In this document: piece by piece, positions 22,185 through 33,415 of the stretch | Layout: the number at the start of each line of letters is the position of its first letter | Position numbering within the stretch: the stretch's first letter is position 1 | Source: Eukaryota sp. TZLM1-RC | Lineage: Eukaryota > Protista > Metamonada: BaSk clade | DNA: 64,000 nucleotides | Direction of reading: 5' to 3' | Assembly: GCA_040285825.1 (NCBI GenBank) | Contig: JAUPSS010000004.1 | Span: 4,245,784-4,309,783, forward strand | Position numbers and translations under genes: made by a program | The notes under the pieces: generated by a model | The model's input: only the letters and a program-made list of their open reading frames with translations | Databases searched by the model: none | Told to the model about the DNA's origin: nothing

Positions 22185-23606
22185 ATGTCTGCGCCTCCAC
22201 TTAAACGAACAGCTTCTGTAGATGATAGCTACATAACTCAACTGGAAATGGAGGTAGAACGACTTCATACCAAATTACAATCATCAGATGGGGTTCTAAA
22301 ATCCACTATCGATCTTCACATGAAAGAGAAGACCCTTTTTACCAACAAAATTTCTGATCTGGAAGCATTACTCTCCAAGTATCAACAACAATTCTCCTCC
22401 TGCGATGAAGGACTCAAATCACAATTTGATTCCATGTCACGTCTACGATCTTCAACCGAACTTCACATTAATGAACTTAAAGACCAGCAAGACGACACTG
22501 TTGCTACGCTAAAGTCTGAAATCAGTTGTTTGGAAGAGTCCAGTAGTGAGCTTGCCAGGGAACTCGAACATGAGAAGTTGGTCACCCAGGGTCTGAGACG
22601 ACAGGTGGATGAATGGGTCGCTAAACATGGAGAGGTTAACAGAAAGCTGAGAGAAATGGAAGCCCAACGTGAGGTGTTAGAGGAGGAGGTCAAAATTTCT
22701 CGTGATGTAGTTCAAAAGCAAGCGGAAGTCAAGGAGATTCAAGAAGAAGTTTCCTCTCTTAAGTCTCAGTTAGAAGCTCAAATCAAACGTTGTGATGAAT
22801 TGAGTGATACCAACAATGATTTAAAACAACAGTTAACTAATGTCTCTAAAGAAAGAAACTTACTTAAACTTTCTGTCGATGATTTGTCGAAACAGTTAAA
22901 AACTGTCGACTTTCGGGAAGTTGTTGATTCTCAAAGTCAACACGATTCATTGAAAACAAAGGCTTGTAACCTTCAATCAGAAAATGAAAGACTCTTGGGA
23001 GAAATCAATAGACTCAAAAGTTTAGTCAATCAAAGTCCTCTTGATTATGACCCTTCTAAGACCAAGGTATTGACCTTTAAGGAAAACCCAATGAAGTTAG
23101 AATTAGCAAAGAAAAGCAATCAAATGGAACAATTACGAGCAGAAAATTACTCAATTAAGAATGAAGTACAAGTATTAAAAGACGAAAAACGAATCTTAAT
23201 GGAAGAATTGGAATCATTAAAAGGCCAGCAAGGGTCTAATCAGCAACTCTCACGTGATATTTCTGATCTTCAATCAAAACTCTCCAGTTCCGAAACCAAA
23301 TATGACCGGTTAAAAACCATTTTCCATCAACACGTTCATCATTTCAGAGAAGCAATCACTACTTTGACTGGTTGGCAAATAGAATTAGATGGAAACTATT
23401 TCAAGTTAAAAAACTTATACTCTGAGGCAAAGGACTACCTTGCATTTGAAAATCCTGAACCTGGTGTTTATTTACTTGTAGAAACTAAAGGATTAGAGCA
23501 AATTAATTCAGAGTTGGTTGATTTCCTTACAAAAGTCAAGTCAATTCCAGCTTTTTTGGCCCAAATTATTTTAGAACAATTCAATCAGCAAACACTGGCG
23601 GTTTAA
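22185..23606 (+). CDS. MAD1: Spindle assembly checkpoint protein Mad1
   Basis: Long coiled coil; TKVLTFKENP (Mad2-binding-motif-like); FREAITTLTGWQIE and SIPAFLAQIILEQF C-terminal signature. Confidence 0.85.
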   Translation: MSAPPLKRTASVDDSYITQLEMEVERLHTKLQSSDGVLKSTIDLHMKEKTLFTNKISDLEALLSKYQQQFSSCDEGLKSQFDSMSRLRSSTELHINELKDQQDDTVATLKSEISCLEESSSELARELEHEKLVTQGLRRQVDEWVAKHGEVNRKLREMEAQREVLEEEVKISRDVVQKQAEVKEIQEEVSSLKSQLEAQIKRCDELSDTNNDLKQQLTNVSKERNLLKLSVDDLSKQLKTVDFREVVDSQSQHDSLKTKACNLQSENERLLGEINRLKSLVNQSPLDYDPSKTKVLTFKENPMKLELAKKSNQMEQLRAENYSIKNEVQVLKDEKRILMEELESLKGQQGSNQQLSRDISDLQSKLSSSETKYDRLKTIFHQHVHHFREAITTLTGWQIELDGNYFKLKNLYSEAKDYLAFENPEPGVYLLVETKGLEQINSELVDFLTKVKSIPAFLAQIILEQFNQQTLAV

Positions 23607-23641
23607 TAATATTTAAACAAGTGATTTATTTTTTTAATTTG

Positions 23642-24601
23642 TTATTTTTCTAATTCGACAAGAGGGAGTTCATCAATACAATAACTACTGATTGATTGAC
23701 TGATTGATTTCAACTGTTTCCGAAATTTATTCAGTTCACCATTACATTTAGAATTTTCTATAATTTTTTCTAGTACCATTCCAATATTCAAAGTATTTGT
23801 TATAGAGTTGAAGATCAATTCTACATCATCAACTGAAAAAATGCTCAATTGGTGAACAAAAACTCCTAAAAACTGTTCGATAAACTGTTCGTATTTCTTC
23901 TGAGTAAACAAACTCTCTGAATTAGAAATTATTTCGATAAATCTGTTATAATAATAAAGACCAGAATAATTCTCGCACAAATACAATAAAATAAAAGAAA
24001 TTTGAAAATAACTCAAAAGTGAAATTCTTGAATATTTTTCCATTAATTCTTCAAGAAACCAACTCTGATCCAAGACCTTTGCAGTCTTTTCCTTTCCTTT
24101 GAATTTTGACACCATCTTACTCAAGGATGGAAGTTTAGGGAAGTGGATCAGCTGATCAGAGTTGTAGTGATCGGAAAGCAGCGAGTCAACAAGTGAAGAC
24201 ACAATATGACATGAAAAAGTAGACCAAGAGATATAGTAGTCAAGGTTGTAGGGAATAGAAGGACAAGTGGGTGAAGAGGCTGGTGAGAGTCTTTCGCAAT
24301 GTTCAAACACATTGAGTTTGGTATTCCATTGAAGTATCAGGACTTCATTGGGGATAAAAACATGAAAAAAGAACACAGAAGTAGCTTGATTGGGAAGTGA
24401 GTATTTAAAGCAATGTAAGGAAGGGGGAATGTGTATGAATTGAACTTCTGAATAAGAAAGGCTGTATTGTTGAAGGTCTATTTGAAAGATAAGACCATCA
24501 GGGATATTAACCAACATCAACGAAGCTCCATGATATTTGGCTTGAGCTCTCAGTTGGTCCGATGGTGGGATGACTTTGACATTTGGAATGATATCAAGCA
24601 T
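23642..24601 (-). CDS. AAR2: AAR2-like U5 snRNP assembly factor
   Basis: GASLMLVNIPDG..QIDL..HIPPSLH N-terminus; DQSWFL; FQISFIL..ENYSGL. Confidence 0.75.
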   Translation of the reverse strand: MLDIIPNVKVIPPSDQLRAQAKYHGASLMLVNIPDGLIFQIDLQQYSLSYSEVQFIHIPPSLHCFKYSLPNQATSVFFFHVFIPNEVLILQWNTKLNVFEHCERLSPASSPTCPSIPYNLDYYISWSTFSCHIVSSLVDSLLSDHYNSDQLIHFPKLPSLSKMVSKFKGKEKTAKVLDQSWFLEELMEKYSRISLLSYFQISFILLYLCENYSGLYYYNRFIEIISNSESLFTQKKYEQFIEQFLGVFVHQLSIFSVDDVELIFNSITNTLNIGMVLEKIIENSKCNGELNKFRKQLKSISQSISSYCIDELPLVELEK

Positions 24602-25045
24602 TAAACCTTAAATTTTGGTGTGAAATCAGTATTTAGGTAGGAAGCAAATGCTTTCCTGAGAATGAACATACTTTGAGGTGCCTTATGTGAATTACCATTT
24701 CCATTCCCATTCCCATTCCCAGTTAATTCCCAAAATGTTTTTTACATCATCTCTTCTCATGACACGGACTTGTGAACTGTTACCGAAGTCTCCCATTCTT
24801 CTTCTTCCCTTGTTTATATTTTAGTGCTCAATTCCGCATCATTCAACTTCCCCCTACAGCAATAAACATAAATCAATACATTCAAAGAGTCTATGATTTA
24901 CTTCTTTACAACGTTAGGGATGTTGAACAAGGACAGAAACCTTGAGATACGAACAGAGTTTTGAAGAATAACTTTGCCATATTGAATATTGTTAAAAGAT
25001 GTACTACACATCTTTTTTTTATTTAAATTTTATTTTATTCTAAAC

Positions 25046-25160
25046 CTATAAATCAACATCTAAAAAATCCATCTCTCCCAAAACAAAAACACTAGATGCA
25101 ACTCTCTCATAGTGAGATCCAAGAGAAAGCAAAGCATCTGAAACCATCTTCAACATCCTA
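25046..25160 (-). mobile_element. Extreme 3' fragment of non-LTR subfamily D
   Basis: MLKMVSDALLSLGSHYERVAS..LDVDL followed by an A-rich tail. Confidence 0.8.
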
Positions 25161-26124
25161 CTACACATCTCGTTAAAATTTGAATAGATTAAATAAAAAA
25201 CATAAACTGTATTTGTTTTCAATATCATTACTCATTAATTCTATTGTGGAGCATAAAAGCGTCCTCAGCATTTAAACGACTGTCCAAATTTCGCCTCATC
25301 ACTGAAGCCAACATATCTCGCTGACTAGTGACACCAAAGATTGTGCCAAGAAAATGTGTTTGGTCGATAAATGATTAAGCAAGAATAGACTAGCTATACT
25401 GCGAAACATCTCCTTTGATCTCTTCTAATCTGGTGGAGCCAGATGTGGAAAATATTTGAAATACTCTCAATCTATTGGTCCTGAATCATGACTTCTGATC
25501 ATCATGATTACTATCATCAAATTGTAGACGACGTGAGGCAAAATAGACATCTTGCTCAAAACCTTCTTCAGCAAAAGATGGTGAAGAAAAGAAAGACGCA
25601 ACGTGAACATCAGGAAGGTCGGATAAAGTTCTTGCACCAAGAATCTGGGTAAAAGAAGACATTGAAAAAAAACGGGAATGAGATGGGAATAGGATAGGAA
25701 ATGCATATGAAATGGTTTTCACAGTATGTTTTTTTAAATATTTATTTATCAGATATATAGTGTTGATGATCCTGAAATGGGAAGTTAATGTAGATGAGGA
25801 TTTCATTGTGAAGCTATCAATTGGAGATAATGGCATGAAAAGTATAAAAATAATATAAGTGATGAAATGAAATTCAAATGCGAATAAGAGTAATAATAGT
25901 AACCCAACCAAACTCCACTCACCAACTTTTGTACTATGTAGTTCTTTTTTGAAGAAACGAAAACATTCAAGATGTAACCTTGAGCGATATGTACTACTAA
26001 TAAAAATTTGAAACTAACTTTACTTTGAATTGACAACTATGAGACTGATTGATTTCATCAAATTTCCAAAGTGAGGAACCAAGTTTTAATCATTTCTAAC
26101 TGTTTCCCTTGTGTGTTGACTGTC

Positions 26125-27912
26125 ATGGATAACGCTCTACAAACCACCACTGTGTGAGCGTCGGTCAACCAGTTCTTCGACTCAGAGGAACGAAAAGCTA
26201 AGGAACGCCAGTTCTAAGTTCTTGCTAGTATTGGAGCCTCTGTTTCGACTTTGTTTGTGAAAGAGAACCCAAACAAAAAAACCATTCGAATACCATTCTC
26301 TGCTTTTCCAAGCGTTCGAACATCTCGTTCAGCACTTTTGGCCTCGACGCCCACTGAATGAAACCACGTCAGCCGACGGTGGTAGATTCTGGTGCAATTC
26401 TAGTCTACTTAACAGTCGAGAATTCAACTGAGGTAAGCTTTCTGCCAGCTGTTGGCTGACTCCCCTGTTGTTTGGAAACACAATTTTTTCAAGAGCTGTG
26501 CCTTGTGTCTCAATTGCCCAAGTCCCAAAAAGTACGTTAAGTGTGTACTTCAAGTTCTTTAGCCGGACGTCACCATTTTACAATAATATCAGGAAATGCA
26601 CCAACATATGTCTTGACCCACTGGATAAATATGACAGCTATTGCCTATATTGGTTGGAGTCAATATGTTGGAAACATCAATCAGAAATGACCGGTTTACC
26701 ATCAGTATAAAATCTGCAGCAACAATCTTTTAGTCAGAACTGAATATTTTATCTTTTCTAGAAAATAACTGCCCTGAGGTTATGAAAAGACACTCTCTCA
26801 CGCCTTTGTCCAATTGTTCAACATGCTTCTGCAATTTGGATAAAGAGCTGAATCTATTTTCACAAAGCTAAATGAAACCAAAGAGCTCTTGAACAACCTT
26901 TATTGGTTTTTTGATAAATCTAAATTTTATTAATTATACCATTTTTTCCACTGGTGATTCTTTGCGGTTGATGTTCACACATAAGGCGAGGAAGACATTC
27001 AGTCGCCCAACTAAAACGGAATTTGAGTCGAGACGTGTCTCTCGAAACTATGATTTTCATAACTCTGAAAGGAAAAAAAAGTATAATGCCCATACAAAAA
27101 CTAATCCACAGCAAAGACCACGGTTATCAGTGAATGAACACCCCAATTATCGAGATCCTGAAGAAAATTTCTTTTTTGTAGATATTGATCCCAGCCACAG
27201 CAATTTTCAACTTTTGTGGTTAGACATCTGGTTCTTTCCGAAATGTTGCACCTGTGGTTGAGGATTCTGGCTTGCTGCTGAACCCAATAGAACGAACATC
27301 AAATGACCCTACTCTCACTCAAGCAAATCCTAATACTTATTCCGTTTAGAGATTCCAAGAGTATCTGATTGAAATAAGTTTACTTTATGTTTCTGAATCA
27401 GAGAAGGAGCCTGAATATTCTTCAATTAAGAGTCCAAATCTGCAGCGTGGTGCAAGAAAAAAAACTTAGAAGAAATAAGTTTGATTTTTTCATACGAAGA
27501 CAAAAGAGAACAGCTAGTTTTATTAACAAAATAAAGGCTTGTCTGAAGGAAAAAACACTATAGTTTGGTTCGGCAATGGCGGCGGTGGTTCATCTCGTCA
27601 AGCTGTGAAATCCCCCAGAAAGAACTTCTCAAACAAATCCAAATGCACTTTGAAAACGTCAAAGTGGGGAACGAGTTTATGACCTCAGTAAAAGTGAATT
27701 GCTGTAAGGTCTTCCATAGAAAGATATAACATGATGACGGAAGGGTAAATAAGGCTAAGTTCGATTGCCCTCGATGTCAGACCAACTGGTCTAGGGACAT
27801 CTCAGCCTCCAGAAATCAACTGGAGATTGCAATCAGTGAGTATTTTACTGGTACTAGGCCAGAATCATTCCGAAGACCAAGGCGTGTGAGACGTCCAAGG
27901 AGTCAGCAGTAG
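26125..27912 (+). pseudogene. Fanzor1-like RNA-guided nuclease pseudogene, copy 2 (most complete, about 595 codons)
   Basis: Same motif order as copy 1 with VDIDP, NEFMTS, CC/CPRC, RDISASRN; ends RPESFRRPRRVRRPRSQQ*. Multiple stops and frameshifts. Confidence 0.85.
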
Positions 27913-27994
27913 CTGTTTTCATCAACGTATTTTCAAGGTGTTTGGTGTGTACTAACCCTTGGTGCTGAGAAGTTTACATCAGTGTTGCCAACAG
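27870..27994 (+). ncRNA. Putative Fanzor omegaRNA scaffold (boundaries uncertain)
   Basis: Lies at or just after the Fanzor stop. Stems CAAGG/CCTTG enclosing TTGGT-GTGT-ACTAA (TTAGT in copy 3), and GCTGA/TCAGT; ends in TGTTGCCAACA. Confidence 0.5.
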
Positions 27995-28662
27995 ATTAAA
28001 AACATTTAACTTTTCAACTTAAGTCATTTACCAGTGGAATATCAAGAAGTTGATGCTGATTTCAGGCAACTGAATAGAATGATTCAATAAGTGACTACAA
28101 TCAGTCAACCAACCAATGTACAAGCTGAAATGCAACAAACAGTTAGAAAAAAGGGATTGTTCGATAAAGTCGCTGCCAAGATGTCCAATGTAACCAATCT
28201 CCATGTAGAAAATGAACTGAAATTTTATCTCAAAGAAGGTACTGTTGATTATGAAACTGATCCCTATCTGTGGTGGAAGGAGAATGTGAAGAAGTATCCA
28301 AGCTTAGCTAAGATTGCAAAAGATTATCTTGTTGTACAACCCAGTTCCGCTTCAAGCGAGCGCCTTTTTTCAGCCGCTAGTCAAATAATCAGCAAAAAGA
28401 GAGCCCGTTTAAACGAAGATACTGCAAGATGCTTGTTATGTTTGAGGTCATGGTATAAAAAGCAACAGTTTATGGATTGCAGACACGTGAGTAGATTTTA
28501 GTTTTTGGTTTGATTAGTTTGAAATAAAGTATGATTTTTATTTGAAATAACATGATATTTGAACAGAACAATGTCTATGATGATGTTGAACGGGATTTGA
28601 GTCAATGGACGTAAGAATGAGTCGAGTTGATTTAACTTAACTAGACTCAAATCGAAATCCTG
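27993..28662 (+). mobile_element. hAT transposon 3' fragment, copy 2
   Basis: hATC domain ORF 28091-28501; terminus ...GACTCAAATCGAAATCCTG. Confidence 0.85.
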
Positions 28663-28725
28663 AGTGTTGGCGATAGTTATTCAATATCCTTTTGGTTTTT
28701 TAATAATATTCATTTATTAAAAAAC

Positions 28726-29358
28726 TTATAAATCAACATCTAAATAATCCATCTCTCCCAAAACAACACAGCTAGATGTAACTCTCTCATAGTGAAATCC
28801 AAGAGAAAGCAAAGCATCAGAAACCGTCTTCAACATCCCCTTAAAAATAGAAAACACAATTGTATTTTGCCAAAACAAACTATTCAAATTTCTGTTAGTT
28901 CTTCTCTTTACAATCATTTCAAAATCTGTCAGAAAACGAATAGCCGTGGGAGCAAGTGAACCAACAAAAGAAAAATACAAATGGAGACAAATTGTATTTT
29001 GCATGCTGTCGGGTGGACAATTTAAACAAAGGTTCACTGTATTTCTTGATTTTGAAATTTTCAGCATTTGAAAGAAGATTATGAATTTCAGAATTAGCAA
29101 GCCTTTCATTTGAGAAATTACAAAGATCAACAGACATTACATCCACTAAAATGAAGGCTCCATCTAATCCAGGTAATATGACATCACCTCTATTATTCTT
29201 ATGAAAATCATCTTCAGTATCAAACAGATTTGACAACAGGGGTTCCAAAAAGGATTCAATTCTATGAGACTTCCACATACAATATAATTGGTGTCTTACA
29301 GCATCGTCAGCCTTGCTTCTAAAAGTAATAAAATGTTTACAATTTAACAAATGAGTAA
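28726..29358 (-). mobile_element. Non-LTR subfamily D 3' fragment
   Basis: ORFs 28726-29130 and 28919-29350; essentially identical to inverted 30281-30913. Confidence 0.85.
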
Positions 29359-29648
29359 GAACTTATCGTTCTTCATTACATGATGCTGTTAGAGACACTG
29401 TTTTCAATATGGCACAAACTGCAAGGATATCGTGTATCAAAGAGCCCCTGCTGAAGGAAACACTTTCTGTGAATAATTTTGGTTCTGATGATAGAGGTGA
29501 TGTATAACAATTCCTCAAATTTATAACACTCTCTTAACTGATTATGGATGGATTTTGAATATGAGATTTCGTTCCATTATCTGACCTAATGATTTACCTC
29601 ATAATTGAATTTGTAAATGTTCTCGAAAAATTACAATTACCCATTTGT

Positions 29649-30280
29649 CATATTTATTGATTTTGCACACTTAATTAAATTAACTCATAACTAATGGGAC
29701 GACTATCATTGAACCAAGATTTCCTCTACAAAATCTTGATCTGCTTGCTGTCTAGCTAAAGCTTCTCTTATTCGATTGAAAAACCGTGGTAATCTATTAA
29801 TAATGGCAAATTAAATCCGTGAACGCCATAAAAAAATATCAAATCTTTTCATTGTTTTTTCATGCACCACTTTTTGGAAGTCATCCAAAAAAGTTTCTGC
29901 TTCAACTGATAATCTTCCATTTATCGAAAATGGGAAAGCAATAAAAACCAGCTGTGTATTTCTATCGACATTAGCCTCTTCAAGATCTTCATCATATTTT
30001 CTATGTTTCTCTTTTGCTTTAAAATCCAGAGCAGCCACAGGATTAAGTTTTCTTCTGTGAACCAAAGTATCATTTGCAACATTACATGAGACAATGTCAA
30101 CAATAGCTTCAGAATTATCAATCCAATCACAGTATACATCACCTCTATCATCAGAACCAAAATTATTCACAGAAAGTGTTTCCTTCAGCAGGGGCTCTTT
30201 GATACACGATATCCTTGCAGTTTGTGCCATATTGAAAACAGTGTCTCTAACAGCATCATGTAATGAAGAACGATAAGTTC
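29649..30280 (-). mobile_element. 5'-truncated non-LTR subfamily B inserted into a + strand subfamily D copy (29507-29648 plus 30281-30913)
   Basis: Flanked by TTACCCATTTGT (29637-29648) and TTACTCATTTGT (30281-30292), a 12-bp TSD with one mismatch. The D reading continues THL|LNCKHF across it. Confidence 0.8.
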
Positions 30281-30976
30281 TTACTCATTTGTTAAATTGT
30301 AAACATTTTATTACTTTTAGAAGCAAGGCTGACGATGCTGTAAGACACCAATTATATTGTATGTGGAAGTCTCATAGAATTGAATCCTTTTTGGAACCCC
30401 TGTTGTCAAATCTGTTTGATACTGAAGATGATTTTCATAAGAATAATAGAGGTGATGTCATATTACCTGGATTAGATGGAGCCTTCATTTTAGTGGATGT
30501 AATGTCTGTTGATCTTTGTAATTTCTCAAATGAAAGGCTTGCTAATTCTGAAATTCATAATCTTCTTTCAAATGCTGAAAATTTCAAAATCAAGAAATAC
30601 AGTGAACCTTTGTTTAAATTGTCCACCCGACAGCATGCAAAATACAATTTGTCTCCATTTGTATTTTTCTTTGTTGGTTCACTTGCTCCCACGGCTATTC
30701 GTTTTCTGACAGATTTTGAAATGATTGTAAAGAGAAGAACTAACAGAAATTTGAATAGTTTGTTTTGGCAAAAATACAATTGTGTTTTCTATTTTTAAGG
30801 GGATGTTGAAGACGGTTTCTGATGCTTTGCTTTCTCTTGGATTTCACTATGAGAGAGTTACATCTAGCTGTGTTGTTTTGGGAGAGATGGATTATTTAGA
30901 TGTTGATTTATAAGTTTTTTAATAAATGAATATTATTAAAAAACCAAAAGGATATTGAATAACTATCGCCAACACT

Positions 30977-31646
30977 CAGGATTTCGATTTGAGTCTAGTT
31001 AAGTTAAATCAACTCGACTCATTCTTACGTCCATTGACTCAAATCCCGTTCAACATCATCATAGACATTGTTCTGTTCAAATATCATGTTATTTCAAATA
31101 AAAATCATACTTTATTTCAAACTAATCAAACCAAAAACTAAAATCTACTCACGTGTCTGCAATCCATAAACTGTTGCTTTCTATACCATGACCTCAAACA
31201 TAACAAGCATCTTGCAGTATCTTCGTTTAAACGGGCTCTCTTTTTGCTGATTATTTGACTAGCGGCTGAAAAAAGGCGCTCGCTTGAAGCGGAACTGGGT
31301 TGTACAACAAGATAATCTTTTGCAATCTTAGCTAAGCTTGGATACTTCTTCACATTCTCCTTCCACCACAGATAGGGATCAGTTTCATAATCAACAGTAC
31401 CTTCTTTGAGATAAAATTTCAGTTCATTTTCTACATGGAGATTGGTTACATTGGACATCTTGGCAGCGACTTTATCGAACAATCCCTTTTTTCTAACTGT
31501 TTGTTGCATTTCAGCTTGTACATTGGTTGGTTGACTGATTGTAGTCACTTATTGAATCATTCTATTCAGTTGCCTGAAATCAGCATCAACTTCTTGATAT
31601 TCCACTGGTAAATGACTTAAGTTGAAAAGTTAAATGTTTTTAATCT
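30977..31646 (-). mobile_element. hAT transposon 3' fragment, copy 3
   Basis: ORF 31138-31548 differs from copy 2 by one residue; CAGGATTTCG terminus at 30977. Confidence 0.85.
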
Positions 31647-31726
31647 GTTGGCAACACTGATGTAAACTTCTCAGCACCAAGGGTTAGTACACACTAAACA
31701 CCTTGAAAATACGTTGATGAAAACAG

Positions 31727-33415
31727 CTACTGCTGACTCCTTGGACGTCTCACACGCTTTGGTCTTCGGAATGATTCTGGCCTAGTACCAGTAAAATACT
31801 CACTGATTGCAATCTCCAGTTGATTTCTGGAGGCTGAGATGTCCCTAGACCAGTTGGTCTGACATCGAGGGCAATCGAACTTAGCCTTATTTACCCTTCC
31901 GTCATCATGTTATATCTTTCTATGGAAGACCTTACAGCAATTCACTTTTACTGAGGTCATAAACTCGTTCCCCACTTTGACGTTTTCAAAGTGCATTTGG
32001 ATTTGTTTGAGAAGTTCTTTCTGGGGAATTTCACAGCCTGACGAGATGGGCCACCGCCGCCATTGCCGAACCAAACTATAGTGTTTTTTCCTTCAGACAA
32101 GCGTTTAGTTTTGTTAATAAAACTAGTTAGTCTCTTTTGTCTTCGTATGAAAAAATCAAACTTATTTCTTCTAAGTTTTTTTTCTTGCACCACGCTGCAG
32201 ATTTCGACTCATAATTGAAGAATATTCAGGCTCTTTCTCTGATTCAAAAACATAAGGTAAACTTATTTCAATCAGATACTCTTGAAAGCTCTGAGCGGAA
32301 TAATTATTAGGATTTGCTTGAGTGAGAATAGGGTCATTTGATATTCGTTCTATTGGGTTCAGCAGCAAACCAGAACCCTCAACCACAACTACAACATTTC
32401 GGAAAGAACCAGATGTCCAACCACAAAAGTGAAAAATTGCTGTGGTTGGGATTAATATTTACAAAAAACAAACTTTCTTCAGGATCTCGAAAATTGGAGT
32501 GTTCATTCACTAATAACCGTGGTCTTTGCTGTGGATTAGTTTTTGTATGGACATTACACTTTCTTTTTCTTTCAGAGTTATGAAAATCATAGTTTCCAGA
32601 GACACGTCTCGACTCAAATTCCGTTTAAGTCAGCCGACTGAATGTTTTCCTCGCCTTCTTTGTGAACATCAACCGCAAAGAATCACCATTTGAAAAAATG
32701 GTATAGTTTATAAATTTAGATTTATCAAAAAACCGATAAAGGTTGTTCAGAAGCTCTTTGGTTTCATTCAGCTTTGTGAAAATAGATTCAGCTCTTTATC
32801 CAATTCGCAGAGGCATGTTGAACAATTGGACAAAGGCGTGAGAGAGTATCTTTTCATAACCTCAGGGCAGTTATCTTCTAGAAAAGATAAAATATTCAGT
32901 TCTGACTAAAAGATTGTTGCTGCAATCTCCATACTGATGGTAAACCAGCCATTTCTGATTGAGGTTTCCAATATATTGACTCCAACCAATATAGGCATTA
33001 GCTGTCATATTTATCCAGTGGGTCGACATATGCTGGTGCATTTCTTGATATTATTGTAAAATAATGACGTCCGGCTAAAGAACTTGAAGTACACACTTAA
33101 CGTACATTTTGGGACTTGGGCAATTGAGACACAAGGCACAGCTCTGGAAAAAATTGTGTTTCAAAACAACAGGGGAGTCAGCCAACAGCTGGCAGAAAGC
33201 TTACCTCAGTTGAATTCTCGACTGTCAAGTAGACTAGAATTGCACCAGAATCTACCACCGTCGGCTAACGTGGTTTCATTCAGTGGGCTCCGAGGCCAAA
33301 AGTGCAAAACGAAATGTTGCAGCGCTTGAAGAACGAGAGGATGGTTTGCGAATGGTCTTTTTTGTTTGGGTTCTCTTTCACAAATCAAGTCGAAACAGAG
33401 GCTCCAGAACTGGCA
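31727..33415 (-). pseudogene. Fanzor1-like pseudogene, copy 3 (RuvC-I D to N)
   Basis: Reverse complement of copy 2; RuvC-I reads VNINPNH; NEFMTS, CPRC and RDISASRN retained. Confidence 0.82.

Larger units (their letters stand above)
26230..33406. repeat. Large inverted repeat: arms about 26230-29506 and 30133-33406, 626-bp spacer
   Basis: Reverse-complement match. Inner approximately 1.9 kb is nearly identical; outer Fanzor portions are visibly diverged. Confidence 0.9.

Noticed and set aside
24695-24722. (CCATTC)n run as telomeric or CRISPR-like repeat
   Set aside because: Only about four imperfect units with no spacers; a simple microsatellite. No CRISPR array is seen anywhere in the window.
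25260-25662. Minus-strand frame MSSFTQILGARTLSD... as a gene
   Set aside because: Interrupted by several stops with no recognisable homology; at most an unassignable relic.
27722-27740. Recurrent in-frame TAA/TAG in Fanzor and hAT copies, some aligned to CAG, suggesting a TAR=Gln code
   Set aside because: Conserved host genes (BET3, MAD1, EBP2, GSK3) end at TAA/TAG at the expected positions and have no internal TAR. The same elements also carry frameshifts, so these are decay mutations.
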